Source: an uncultured Clostridia bacterium
Lineage (GTDB): Bacteria; Bacillota; Clostridia; Christensenellales; HGM11417
DNA: 35,429 nt
NCBI GenBank assembly: GCA_944332455.1
Contig: CALVJY010000023.1
Coordinates: 1-35,429, forward strand
Direction of reading: 5' to 3'
Positions 1-9,129 of this stretch are shown here, piece by piece. A program made the translations under genes and the position numbers. Every line of letters starts with the position of its first letter. Within the stretch, counting starts at the first letter, position 1. The notes under the pieces are model-generated. The model was not told the DNA's origin, did no database searches, and was given only the letters and a program-made list of their open reading frames with translations.

Positions 1-125
1 TTTTGAGAGGGGAAAAACGTTGCAGAGCTTTGCCAAAGGCAAAGTGAACAACGGTTGTCCCCTCAAGTCCGGCCGAAATTCGCCAAAGGCGAATTTCGCG
101 CTTGGCCGGAGCGTCGCAGGCCGGC
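1..125. repeat. R1 double-hairpin repeat element (copy 1). Hairpin 1: GAGGGGAAAAACGTTG...CAACGGTTGTCCCCTC with an inner hairpin CTTTGCCAAAGGCAAAG. Hairpin 2: TCCGGCCGAAATTCGCC-AAA-GGCGAATTTCGCG..GGCCGGA
   Basis: Near-identical copy at 35345-35429 (same orientation); hairpin-2 copies at 35185-35245 and 34325-34385, and in inverse orientation at 17345-17405. Stems differ between copies but stay paired (GCC/GGC vs CGC/GCG vs TTTTGCC/GGAAA). Confidence 0.7.
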
Positions 126-139
126 TGGTCGGAATAATT

Positions 140-3100
140 TTACTCTTTGATCATCTCCACTGCCTCGGTCAGCTTGACCGAGACCATTTTGGAGACCCCT
201 TTTTCCTCCATGGTCACGCCGTAGATGACGTCGGCGCGCTCCATGGTGGGCTTTTTGTGGGTGATGACGATGAACTGGGTGTCCTGGCTGAACTTTTTCA
301 GATACCGGGCAAAGCGGTCGGTGTTGGCGTCGTCCAGGGCGGCCTCGATCTCGTCCAGCACGCAGAAGGGCATGGGCCGCAGCTTTAAGATGGCGAACAG
401 GATGGCGATGGCGGTGAGCGCCTTTTCGCCGCCCGAGAGCAGGGTGATGCTCTGCAGCTTTTTGCCCGGGGGTTCGGCCACGATGTCCACGCCGGCCGAG
501 AGCGGATCGCCGTCCTCGGGCTCGGTGAGCACCAGCTTGGCGTTTCCGCCCCCGAACAGCTCCTTGAAGACCCGCTGGAAGTTGACCGAGATGTCGGTAA
601 AGCCCCGGTTGAAGCGCTCCAGCATTTCGGTGGTCAGCTCGGAGATGATCTGTTTGAGGTCGGCCTCGGCCTTGTCCAGATCCTCCTTCTGCACGGCCAT
701 TTCGTCGTAGCGCTCCTTGACGGCCTTGAAGTCGTCGATGGCGTTGACGTTGACGTAGCCCAGCGCGGAGATCTGTTTTTTGGTGCGGTTGATCTCGGAG
801 GAGGCGCCTTCGGCCTGGTAGCCGGGATCCCGCTGGGCCGAAGCGGCCTCGAAGTCCAGGCCGTAGTCCTCCTGGATCTTGACGGCCAGATTTTCCATGT
901 CGGTGTCCACCTTGACCATGGAATTTTCCTCGCGGTACTTGCGCTCGGTCAGACGGGAGACCTCCTCGGCCAGTTCGCCGCGGCGGCGGTCCTTTTCGGC
1001 CAGGTCCTCCTGCATGGTCCGCTTGCGCTCGTCCAGGTTGAGGAGTTCGGCCTTGATCTCGTCCAGCTTGGCCTGGGCCCCGCTGTCGATGAAGACCTGC
1101 TCGGCCGCCTTCTCGAGGTCGGCCAGGGTGGCGGTCAGATTGTCATGCTCCTCGTCCAGCCGCTGCCGGCGCTCGGCCCGGCTCTGCTCGGCCTCGGAAA
1201 GCCGCTCGGCCTCGGCCCGGAGGTTGAGGCCGGCGTTCTTCAGGTCGGCCATGCGCACCTTCAGCTCGGTCATGCGCTCGTGGGCGGCGTCCCGCTCCCG
1301 CTTGAACTGCTCGAACTCCTGCTTGCGGCGGTTGGACTCCGAAGTGGCCGAATCCTTCTGCAAAAGCACCGAGCTCTCCAGCTCGTCCACCTGCTTCAGG
1401 TCGGATTCCAGCTTGTCCAGCCGGGCGCCCAGGGCGTAGTTCTGATCGGCAAGGGCGGCATAGTCCCGCTCCCGCTCCTCCAGAAGGTAGCGGGTGCGCT
1501 CCTCCTTCTCGCTCTCCCGGGCGATCTCCACCTCCAGCTCGCGGACGGCGGAGGAGAGTTCCTCGGCCCGTCCGGCGGTTTCGGCGAGCTTGGATTCGCC
1601 CCGCTCGGCGGCGGCCTTCCACTCGGTCAGCTTTTCGGCCGCCTTTTTCAGGTTCTCCCGCAGGTCGGACAGCTCGCGCTCCCCGGAGAGCAGGTTGGAG
1701 GCCTCGGCCTTGCGGGAGCCGCCGGTCATGGCGCCGAAGGGGTGGATGACGTCCCCGTCCAGGGTGACGATGCGCACCGAATAGTTGCACTTGCGGGCCA
1801 GCTTGACGGCGTTGTCCAGGTTGTCGGCCACAGCCGTCCGGCCCAGCAGGCTGGCGTAGATCTGCTTGTGTTCGGGGGCGAACTGCACCAGATCCACGGC
1901 CACCCCCAAAAAGCCGTCCACGGTGGAAAGCAGCTTTTTGACCGGCTCGTCCAGCACCCGGCCCTTGACGGTCTCCACGGGCAGGAAGGTCACCCGGCCG
2001 TAACGCTTTTCCTTCAGGTAGGCGATCAGGGCCTTGGCGTCGGCCTCCCGGGGGACGATGACGTTCTGCATCCCCTGGCCCAGGGTGACGTCCACGGCCA
2101 CCTCGTACTTTTGGGGCACGCTCATCAGATGGGCCACGGTGCCCGAGATCTTTTCGGAAAGCTCGGGGTGCCGCTTGGCGTCCGAGAGCAGCATGCGCAC
2201 GCTCATGGAGTAGCCCTCGAAGTTCTCCTGGATGCGGCTGAGCAGCTTTTCCCGGGCCTGCATGTCGGTGATGCGGTTTTCCAGCGCGGAAACGCTCTTG
2301 GTGACCTCCTGGAGCTTGAGCGAGATCTCCTCCCGCTTCAGGTCCAGCCTGCGCTGTTCGTTCAGGCGCTCGCCGCGGACGGATTCCAGCTCGCCCCGGC
2401 GGGCGCGGACCTCCTCCAGCTCGGCCTCGAAGCCCCGCTGTTCGGTCTCCACGGCGGCCAGCTTGGCCTTCAGGTCCTCCCGCTGCTCGCCGAGGGCCTT
2501 CTTTTCGGAGACCAGCGAGGCATAGTTGGCCTTGATGTCGGACAGCCGCTCGATCTGGCTGACCATTTCGGCCTGCGAACTTTCGGTCTCGGTCTCGCCC
2601 CGGCTGATCATCTCCACGATGTCCAGATAGCGCTTGTCGGCGGCGGCCAGCTCCTCGGTAAGCGCCGCCTCCTCGGCGGCGTTCCGCGCGCTCTGTTCCC
2701 GGTTCTGTTCCAGGGCGGCGGCGGCCTCCTCGGCGGCGGCCAGCAGGGCCTCCCGCTCCCCCTCGTTCTTTTCCAGGGTCTCGGAGAACATCCGGATGCG
2801 CTCCCGGATGAGGCGGAGTTCGCCGGACTGCTTTTCCAGCCCCAGCGAGAGGGCCAGCTGCTCGTCCCGCTTTTGGGCGATCTCCCCGTCCAGGCCGTTC
2901 ATCCGGGCCATGAGGGCGTCATACTGCTCGGAGGTCTTCCGGGATTCGGCGGTCTTGTCCCCGATCTCCTCCTCCAGCTCGGCGATGCGGGCCCGGATCT
3001 GATCCTTGACCTCGTTGACCGACTCGAACTGGTGGATGAAGTAGTTGATCTCGTGATACTTCAGGTGGTCCTTCAGCTCCAGGTAGGTCCTGGCGTCCGC

Positions 3101-3727
3101 GGACTGCTTTTCCAGGGGGCGGAGCTGGCGCTCCAGCTCGGTGATGATGTCGTTGAGGCGGAGCAGGTTGTCGTGGGTGCGGGCCAGCTTGCGCTCGGTC
3201 TCCACCTTGCGGGCCTTGAACTTGGAGATGCCGCAGGCGTCCTCGAAGATCCCCCGCCGGTCCTCGGGCTTGGAGGTGATGATCTCGTCCACCTTGCCCT
3301 GGCCGATGATGGAATAGCCCTCCTTCCCCGCCCCGATCTCCCGGAGCAGGTCCACGATGTCCTTCAATCGGGCGGGCTGGCGGCTGACCATGTACTCGCT
3401 CTCCCCCGAGCGGTACAGCTTGCGGGTGAGGATGAGCTCGTCCAGATCCAGCGCCACCTCCCGCTTGGTGTTGTCGAACACCAGGGAGACCTCGCTGTAG
3501 GAGAGGGATTTGCGGGCGGCGGTGCCGCTGAAGATGACGTCGGTCATGCTGTTGCCCCGCAGGGTCTTGGCGCTCTGTTCGCCCAGCACCCAGCGGATGG
3601 CGTCGGCCACATTGGACTTTCCGCAGCCGTTGGGCCCCACGATGGCGTTGACCCCGTCCTCGAACTGCAGCTCCAGCTTGTCGGCAAAGGATTTGAAGCC
3701 GTACATTTCGATGCGTTTGAGTTTCAA
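140..3727 (-). CDS. smc: Chromosome segregation/condensation ATPase SMC
   Basis: 1195 aa. N-terminal MKLKRIEMYGFKSFADK..GPNGCGKSN Walker A; long coiled-coil middle; C-terminal LSGGEKALTAIAILFAI..LDEIEAALD signature/Walker B. Overlaps rnc by 4 nt (ATGA). Confidence 0.95.
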   Translation of the reverse strand: MKLKRIEMYGFKSFADKLELQFEDGVNAIVGPNGCGKSNVADAIRWVLGEQSAKTLRGNSMTDVIFSGTAARKSLSYSEVSLVFDNTKREVALDLDELILTRKLYRSGESEYMVSRQPARLKDIVDLLREIGAGKEGYSIIGQGKVDEIITSKPEDRRGIFEDACGISKFKARKVETERKLARTHDNLLRLNDIITELERQLRPLEKQSADARTYLELKDHLKYHEINYFIHQFESVNEVKDQIRARIAELEEEIGDKTAESRKTSEQYDALMARMNGLDGEIAQKRDEQLALSLGLEKQSGELRLIRERIRMFSETLEKNEGEREALLAAAEEAAAALEQNREQSARNAAEEAALTEELAAADKRYLDIVEMISRGETETESSQAEMVSQIERLSDIKANYASLVSEKKALGEQREDLKAKLAAVETEQRGFEAELEEVRARRGELESVRGERLNEQRRLDLKREEISLKLQEVTKSVSALENRITDMQAREKLLSRIQENFEGYSMSVRMLLSDAKRHPELSEKISGTVAHLMSVPQKYEVAVDVTLGQGMQNVIVPREADAKALIAYLKEKRYGRVTFLPVETVKGRVLDEPVKKLLSTVDGFLGVAVDLVQFAPEHKQIYASLLGRTAVADNLDNAVKLARKCNYSVRIVTLDGDVIHPFGAMTGGSRKAEASNLLSGERELSDLRENLKKAAEKLTEWKAAAERGESKLAETAGRAEELSSAVRELEVEIARESEKEERTRYLLEERERDYAALADQNYALGARLDKLESDLKQVDELESSVLLQKDSATSESNRRKQEFEQFKRERDAAHERMTELKVRMADLKNAGLNLRAEAERLSEAEQSRAERRQRLDEEHDNLTATLADLEKAAEQVFIDSGAQAKLDEIKAELLNLDERKRTMQEDLAEKDRRRGELAEEVSRLTERKYREENSMVKVDTDMENLAVKIQEDYGLDFEAASAQRDPGYQAEGASSEINRTKKQISALGYVNVNAIDDFKAVKERYDEMAVQKEDLDKAEADLKQIISELTTEMLERFNRGFTDISVNFQRVFKELFGGGNAKLVLTEPEDGDPLSAGVDIVAEPPGKKLQSITLLSGGEKALTAIAILFAILKLRPMPFCVLDEIEAALDDANTDRFARYLKKFSQDTQFIVITHKKPTMERADVIYGVTMEEKGVSKMVSVKLTEAVEMIKE

Positions 3728-5208
3728 TGCTTTTTCTCCTTGGACGACTTCTTTTTGCCCTTCTTATCCGACGGGGGCAGCATCAGCAGCTCCAGCGCGT
3801 CCCGGGCCGCGGCCTGTTCGGCCGCCCGTTTGCTCTTGCCCCGGGCCTGGGCCAGCATGACCCCCGAAAAGCTGACCCGCACCGAAAATTCGGGGTCATG
3901 CGAGGGCCCGGCCTGTCCCAGCGTCTCGTAGACCGGGTTCTGACGGTAGTGTTTCTGACAGTATTCCTGCAGCCTGGACTTGAAGTCCTCCCGCGGCTCC
4001 TCCGGCGGCAGGGCCCGTCCGGCCCCGGCGCCCGCAGCGCTCTGCTCCTTCCGGACCTCCGGCTCCCGGCGGCCCTTGCTCTTCTGCCCCTCTTTGGGGT
4101 TCTGTCCGGAATCCTGCCCGGCGGGGCGGACCTTCCGGGACTGTCCGGCGGGGGCCTCCTTCTGCCCGCGGCCCTTTCCGTTCCCGGCTGCCTCCGGACG
4201 GCCCTCGGGCTGTCCGGGCGCCGGCCTTCCGCTCCCCTTCTTCTGACCGCCGCTCCCGGGGCGGGCCTCCTTCGCGTTCTCGCTCTTTGTGCGGATGGCA
4301 GGCTCCGCCCGCTTTTTCTCCTTCCGCGGCCCGTTGGCCTCGGCGGGCTCTCCCCTCTTCCCCTGCCCGCGGGAGGGCCCGGCCGGATCCCCCTTCTTTT
4401 TCCCGTTCTCCCGGGGAAGGGCGCCCTGCTCGGGCTTGCGCTCGGCCTGTTCCCCCCGGAACTCGAACACGGGGGCCCCGAAGGTGGGGCGGGAACGCTT
4501 CTGCGCGGCGGCAAAAGAGGTGGTCGGGTCGTCCTTGCGGGGGCGGCCCTTCTTCTTTTTGGGGACCTCGAGGACAAAGGTCTGGGGCTGCTCGGTGAAG
4601 ATCAGCTCCTCCTCTTCCTCCTCGGGCGGGTGCTCGGCCTTGCCCAGGAACATGGGAAATCCCTGATAAGATGGATGTCCCGCCCCGGCCGGCTCCTGCT
4701 TTTTGGGCTTTTGCGGGGCTTTTTCGGGCTTTTCGGGCTTTCCGGCCGCCCGGATGCGATCCCCCAGGGCCCGGAACACAAAGGCCCGGGCGGGCTCCAT
4801 TCCCCCGTCGAGGTAGATGGCGGCCAGCACGGCCTCCAGCAGGTCCCCCTTGGCCCGGTGGTTACGGGTCTTTTCGGCCTCGGCGCCCACCCCGAAGATG
4901 ATGTGCTCGTGCAGGCCCAGCTTTTCCACGGCCTCGGCGCAGGGGGGCTTGGAGACGATCTCCGCCCGCTTTTGGGTCAGCTCGCCCTGGTCGGCCTCCG
5001 GCAGCGTCCGGAACAGTTCCTCGGCCACCACGAAGTTTAAGATGGCGTCCCCCAGAAATTCCAGCACCTCGTTGTTTTTGGGCTTTTCGCCCGAGCGCTG
5101 CTGGATCTCGTTGCTGTAGGAGGCGTGGGTGAAGGCGCGGTAGATCAGCTCCTTGTCCCGGAACTCATAGTGCAGTTTTTCTTCTACGTCCTGTAAATCG
5201 AATATCAT
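3724..5208 (-). CDS. rnc: Ribonuclease III with ~250-aa low-complexity (K/P/G/E/R/A-rich) linker inserted between the catalytic domain and the dsRBD
   Basis: N-terminal FTHASYSNE..LEFLGDAILNFVVAEELF (RNase III signature) and DLLEAVLAAIYLDGG. C-terminal dsRBD: SRLQEYCQKHYRQNPVYETLGQAGPSHDPEFSVRVSF...KRAAEQAAARDALELL, followed by a Lys-rich tail. The intervening ~250 residues are low complexity. Gene order plsX-rnc-smc as in Firmicutes. Confidence 0.88.
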   Translation of the reverse strand: MIFDLQDVEEKLHYEFRDKELIYRAFTHASYSNEIQQRSGEKPKNNEVLEFLGDAILNFVVAEELFRTLPEADQGELTQKRAEIVSKPPCAEAVEKLGLHEHIIFGVGAEAEKTRNHRAKGDLLEAVLAAIYLDGGMEPARAFVFRALGDRIRAAGKPEKPEKAPQKPKKQEPAGAGHPSYQGFPMFLGKAEHPPEEEEEELIFTEQPQTFVLEVPKKKKGRPRKDDPTTSFAAAQKRSRPTFGAPVFEFRGEQAERKPEQGALPRENGKKKGDPAGPSRGQGKRGEPAEANGPRKEKKRAEPAIRTKSENAKEARPGSGGQKKGSGRPAPGQPEGRPEAAGNGKGRGQKEAPAGQSRKVRPAGQDSGQNPKEGQKSKGRREPEVRKEQSAAGAGAGRALPPEEPREDFKSRLQEYCQKHYRQNPVYETLGQAGPSHDPEFSVRVSFSGVMLAQARGKSKRAAEQAAARDALELLMLPPSDKKGKKKSSKEKKH

Positions 5209-5245
5209 ACTCTCCGTCCGGCCGGCGCCGGCTCCTTTGGTCGGC

Positions 5246-6259
5246 TTACTCGGCGGCCGCGGCGGCCAGATTGGCGGCGATCTCGTCCACCATGCCGGAT
5301 TCGGCCAGCTTTTTGGCCTGCAGCAGGCTGGAGCTGATGGTCACGGCCTTGGAGGACCCGTGCGACTTGACCACCACTTTGGTCAGGCCCACCAGCAGCG
5401 CCCCGCCGTTGCTGGCGTAGTCCATGCGCTTGGCCACCTTCTTAAAGCCGCCCTTCAGCAGCATGGCCCCCATCTTGTTCTTGAAGGAGGACAGCATCTC
5501 CTCCTTCAGCAGGGTCATCATGGCCTTTGCCATGCCCTCGTAGGACTTCAGGCAGATGTTCCCGGCAAAGCCGTCGGTCACCGCCACGTCGAAGTCCCCC
5601 GAAAGCAGTTCCCGGGCCTCCATGTTCCCCACGAACCGGATGCCGGGCAGGGCCTTCAGCAGCGGAAAGGCCTCCTTGTTCAGCTCGTTGCCCTTCTTGT
5701 CCTCGGTGCCGTTGGACAGCAGCGCCACCCGGGGCTCTTTGACCCCGCAGTAGGCCTTGACGTAGGCCCCGCCCATCAGGGCGAACTGGCAGAGGTTGAG
5801 GGGCTTGCAGTCCACGTTGGCCCCGCAGTCCACCAGCGCCACCTGTCCCCCGGTCAGGGTGGGCAGCAGCGGCGCCAGCGCCGGGCGGTTGACCCCCCGG
5901 ATGCGCCCCAGCTTGAACAGCCCGGCGGTCAGCACCGCGCCGGTGCTCCCCGCCGAGACCAGGCCCCCGACCTCGGGATCCTCCTTCAGCCGCTCAAAGG
6001 CCCGCACCAGCGAAGAATTCTTCTTTGCCCGGACCGCCTCGGTGGGCGATTCGTCGTTGGTGATGACCTCGGGGGCGTCCACCACCTCGGTCCTGGCCCG
6101 GATCCCCGGATCCGCCGCCGACAAAAGGCCGGTCAGGGTCTCCCCCTTTCCGGTCAGCACCAATTTCAAGGCGGGATCGGCCTCCAGGGCCAGGATCCCC
6201 CCCTTTACGATCTCCTCGGGGGCGTGATCTCCCCCGAATGCGTCCAATATCAATTTCAT
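5246..6259 (-). CDS. plsX: Phosphate acyltransferase PlsX
   Basis: MKLILDAFGGDHAPEEIVKGG... typical PlsX N-terminus; 337 aa. RBS-like GGAAGGATGA upstream on the minus strand. Confidence 0.93.
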   Translation of the reverse strand: MKLILDAFGGDHAPEEIVKGGILALEADPALKLVLTGKGETLTGLLSAADPGIRARTEVVDAPEVITNDESPTEAVRAKKNSSLVRAFERLKEDPEVGGLVSAGSTGAVLTAGLFKLGRIRGVNRPALAPLLPTLTGGQVALVDCGANVDCKPLNLCQFALMGGAYVKAYCGVKEPRVALLSNGTEDKKGNELNKEAFPLLKALPGIRFVGNMEARELLSGDFDVAVTDGFAGNICLKSYEGMAKAMMTLLKEEMLSSFKNKMGAMLLKGGFKKVAKRMDYASNGGALLVGLTKVVVKSHGSSKAVTISSSLLQAKKLAESGMVDEIAANLAAAAAE

Positions 6260-6292
6260 CCTTCCGTTCTCCTTTTTTTAAGGCACGCCCTA

Positions 6293-6455
6293 ATGAATTA
6301 AAATCTTTTTCCCGGATCGGCTCTTTCCTCCGACTCCGGCAGGTTCCCTTGCGTTTTTTTTAAATTACGCCCTATCCAAATTAAGTCTTTTCCCCGGATC
6401 GGCTCTTTCCTCCGACTCCGGCAGATTTCCTGATATTTTTTTAATTATGCCTTAT
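6293..6455. repeat. Tandem ~85-bp direct repeat (2 full copies plus a partial third). Each copy holds a hairpin CCGGATCGG-ctctttcctc-CCGACTCCGG followed by a T-rich run on the plus strand
   Basis: Copies start near 6297 and 6383. The shared string ...TTTTCCCGGATCGGCTCTTTCCTCCGACTCCGGCAG(G/A)TT(C/T)CC... is visible directly. Lies between the metalloprotease stop and the plsX start. Confidence 0.75.
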
Positions 6456-6467
6456 CCGATTAAAATC

Positions 6468-8972
6468 TCATCTTCTGCGGCGCCGCCTTGCGCCCTTGTA
6501 CTTTTTCCGGGTGTCCACCACCACGTAGTAGTAGACGGCTCCCACGAAGATCACCGCCATCACAAAGAGGGTCCAGCCCGGCAGCCGGAGGGCGCCAATG
6601 TTGCGGACGGCGGTCAGGCTGAGGCCGGAGACGCTGCCCCCCACGGTGTAGGGTTCCACCGAATGGGAGCGCCCCCGGAAGGTGAGCGTGGTGCCGCGGG
6701 CCACCCGTTCCAGGCTGAACCGGCCGGCCTCGTCGGTCTGTCCGGCCTCCAGCCCGTCGGCGTAGATGGTGAAGATCTCCCCCGACGGCTGGCCGTCCTC
6801 CCCGAGGATCTGCCCGGAGACCGCGCAGTAGCCGTACACCCGCAGGGTGACCCGGCCGTCTGCGGCCCGGACCGCGCCCGGGCCCTCGCCCAGGTCCTCC
6901 AGGGTGAAGTTTTCCAATCTGACGGTGATCAGGTCGGTGTCGTAGAGTTCGGCCGCGATCACCCCGTTTGCAAAGGTAAAGTCCGAAAAGGGCTGGCCGT
7001 TCAGCAAAAGCGTCGGGATCTCGGCCGAAAAGGCCGCCCCCGCCTCGTCGGTCAGGGCGATCTCCAGCCGCACCGGGGTCTTGGCCGCGGCGATCAGTTC
7101 GCCCAGCCCGGCGTTCTCCCCGGTCACGGTCACCTCGGGCAGCTCGTACCCCCGGACAAAAAAGCTCAGCAGATCCCCCTCCCGCACTTCCAGCGAAAAT
7201 TCGGGGCTTTGGGCGGTCAGAACATAGTCGCCGTTGCGGAAGATCTGCACCCCCTCCTCGGGGAAGCGGTCAAAGACAAAAGTCCCGCTGACCTCGAACC
7301 AATCGGGCTCCGGCCGCAGGTCAAAGCTGACCGAGCCGTCCTCGTTCAGCACGATGTTTTCCAGCACCGCCCGGCTGTTCAAAATCCCCTCCCCGGTCAG
7401 GTAGCCGAACACGTTTTCGGTCTCGGCGGCCTCGGCCGAGCCGAAGGACTCGCCTTGGGTGAACACCCCGTCGAAGAGGTAAGTGGAGGAAAGGATCGAC
7501 TCGCGGCGCAGCACGAAGATCTCGTTGTTCCCGTCGATGTTGCCCCCGCTCTCCCCGGCGGCTCCGGGATCCACCCGGTAGCACAGCAGCCCGGTCTCGC
7601 CCGGGCGGAGGAAGGGAAGCTCCCGGTCGATGCCGTCCGCGGTGCGGGTCTTGGCCTCGATGACGAAGAACTGCCCCTCATGCTCCCCGAAGCGGAGGGC
7701 GGACGCCCCCTCGCCCCGAGGGTACAGGGTGTAGCGGATCTGTCCGGCGGAGGCCTCGGCGATCTCGGTCCAGCCGAACTTCTGCCGGTACCAGGCGTTC
7801 AGTCCCTGGGGGGCGCCGGTGGTCACCCCCATGATGTCCCAGACGCCCACGGGGACTTCGGCCCCCTCGGCCGGCTGGTAGTGGTAAAGGTCGGTCACCC
7901 CGAAGCTGCCGCCGCCGGGGACCAGATCGTCCAGCATGTGGATGGTCTCGTGGCAGAGCACGCCGGCCTCGAAGTCCTCGGAGGAGCCTTTGACGTACTC
8001 GTCGGCCAGCAGCACGTAGTTTTTGACCTGATTGCCGTCCAGGGTCAGCTCCCGGCAGAGGGTCTCCCGCTCCTCCTGCGGCCAGCCGCTGAACTCGAGG
8101 GGCGAGAGGGCCTGCAGGGTGCGGGCGGAGCTGACCAGCTCCCACTTGTGAGGCCAGAACGCCGCGGTGTTGGCCGCCGTGTTGTCGGGGGTCAGTCCGC
8201 CGCCGCTGACGTAAAAGGTCAGAAGATCGCTCTCGGCGTCGCGGTTGAGATCCAGCGCCCCCCGGCCGAGATCCTCGGCCAGGCCGTCGCCGTCCAGATC
8301 CACCGCCCCTCCGCTCAGCTCGGCCACCAGGGCCTGTCCCTCGTCCGAACCCAGCAGGGCGGTCAGGGCATTGCGCACCAGAAGCTGTTCCCGGCGGAGC
8401 TTTTCCAGGCTTTCGGCCGGATCTTCGGCGGCGCACAGGCAGACCATGCCGTCCGAGCCGTCTTCGTCGCAGTTTTCGCCGCAGGTCCCGCTGCAGCCGC
8501 AGTCATAGACCTTCAGCTCGCCTTCCGTGTACTGCCAATAGCCCTCGGGATTCGAGGGGGAATAGGGCAGATAGTACGCCTGGGTGTGCCCGTCCACATA
8601 GACCCCGGGCACCTCGACGGTGTGCAGGGTGAAGGCCGACCCGGAGATCTCCGCAAAGTAATTCTTGACCCCCAGCGGCTGCTCGTTGAACAGCGAAAGG
8701 GTCTGTTCCCGCCGGGTCAGGGTCTCTCCCTCGGGGACCTCGGCAAAATAGCCCTCCTCGCCCGAGCCCCCCATTTCGATGAAGAACAGCAGGTTGAGGG
8801 CGGTCCCGGTCAGGCCGGAAGAGCCGGCCGCGCTCTCCCCGGTCGGATCGGAAGAGATCGCGCCGTCCGCGATCTCCCCGGAAGAGCCGTCTGTTTCGGC
8901 CCGGAGGGGAAGCGGGGAGCAGACGGCCGCCAGCCAAAGCACCGCCGTCAGCAGCATGATGAACTTTTTCAT
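6468..8972 (-). CDS. Secreted zinc metalloprotease (HExxH; M6/InhA-like, tentative) with carboxypeptidase-regulatory-like beta domains and a C-terminal membrane anchor
   Basis: Start placed at the internal MKKFIMLLTAVLWLAAVCSP (signal peptide) preceded by AAGGAGGA; the track's start at 9026 is a probable 18-aa over-extension. LCHETIHMLDD HExxH motif. SGQILGEDGQPSGEIFTIYADG...GRFSLERVARGTTLTFRG resembles CarboxypepD_reg. The C-terminus LPGWTLFVMAVIFVGAVYYYVV + KKYKGARRRRRR is a hydrophobic segment plus a basic tail. Confidence 0.6.
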   Translation of the reverse strand: MKKFIMLLTAVLWLAAVCSPLPLRAETDGSSGEIADGAISSDPTGESAAGSSGLTGTALNLLFFIEMGGSGEEGYFAEVPEGETLTRREQTLSLFNEQPLGVKNYFAEISGSAFTLHTVEVPGVYVDGHTQAYYLPYSPSNPEGYWQYTEGELKVYDCGCSGTCGENCDEDGSDGMVCLCAAEDPAESLEKLRREQLLVRNALTALLGSDEGQALVAELSGGAVDLDGDGLAEDLGRGALDLNRDAESDLLTFYVSGGGLTPDNTAANTAAFWPHKWELVSSARTLQALSPLEFSGWPQEERETLCRELTLDGNQVKNYVLLADEYVKGSSEDFEAGVLCHETIHMLDDLVPGGGSFGVTDLYHYQPAEGAEVPVGVWDIMGVTTGAPQGLNAWYRQKFGWTEIAEASAGQIRYTLYPRGEGASALRFGEHEGQFFVIEAKTRTADGIDRELPFLRPGETGLLCYRVDPGAAGESGGNIDGNNEIFVLRRESILSSTYLFDGVFTQGESFGSAEAAETENVFGYLTGEGILNSRAVLENIVLNEDGSVSFDLRPEPDWFEVSGTFVFDRFPEEGVQIFRNGDYVLTAQSPEFSLEVREGDLLSFFVRGYELPEVTVTGENAGLGELIAAAKTPVRLEIALTDEAGAAFSAEIPTLLLNGQPFSDFTFANGVIAAELYDTDLITVRLENFTLEDLGEGPGAVRAADGRVTLRVYGYCAVSGQILGEDGQPSGEIFTIYADGLEAGQTDEAGRFSLERVARGTTLTFRGRSHSVEPYTVGGSVSGLSLTAVRNIGALRLPGWTLFVMAVIFVGAVYYYVVVDTRKKYKGARRRRRR

Positions 8973-9129
8973 TGGCCGTCCTCCTTGTTCTGTTTTGGGC
9001 GGACCCTTTTTCTTCTGCGCCCGCAAAAAATTTTGAAGCGACGCCGCCGGAAGATCAAAGGTGTCGCCCGGCGGCCTCTGTGCAGGTCACCTAACAGTAT
9101 ACCATATTTTTCGGGATTTGACAAACCTT

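Noticed and set aside
1145-3931. 928-aa plus-strand ORF (and 879..1439, 1494..1784, 2232..2525, 2634..3002, 3510..3860) antisense to smc
   Set aside because: Low-complexity Leu/Gly/Ala/Val-rich translation, typical of reverse-strand read-through in GC-rich coding DNA. Fully contained in the clearly genuine smc gene.
3727-5040. 437-aa plus ORF, 264-aa minus ORF (3783..4577) and several smaller ORFs across the rnc linker region
   Set aside because: The GC-rich, repeat-like linker coding region is open in multiple frames. Only the frame that carries both the RNase III catalytic signature and the dsRBD is credible.
6468-6560. LPXTG sortase sorting signal at the metalloprotease C-terminus
   Set aside because: The sequence is RLPGWT followed by a hydrophobic segment and an Arg tail. 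The architecture mimics a sorting signal but the motif is not canonical LPxTG, so it is called only a C-terminal membrane anchor.
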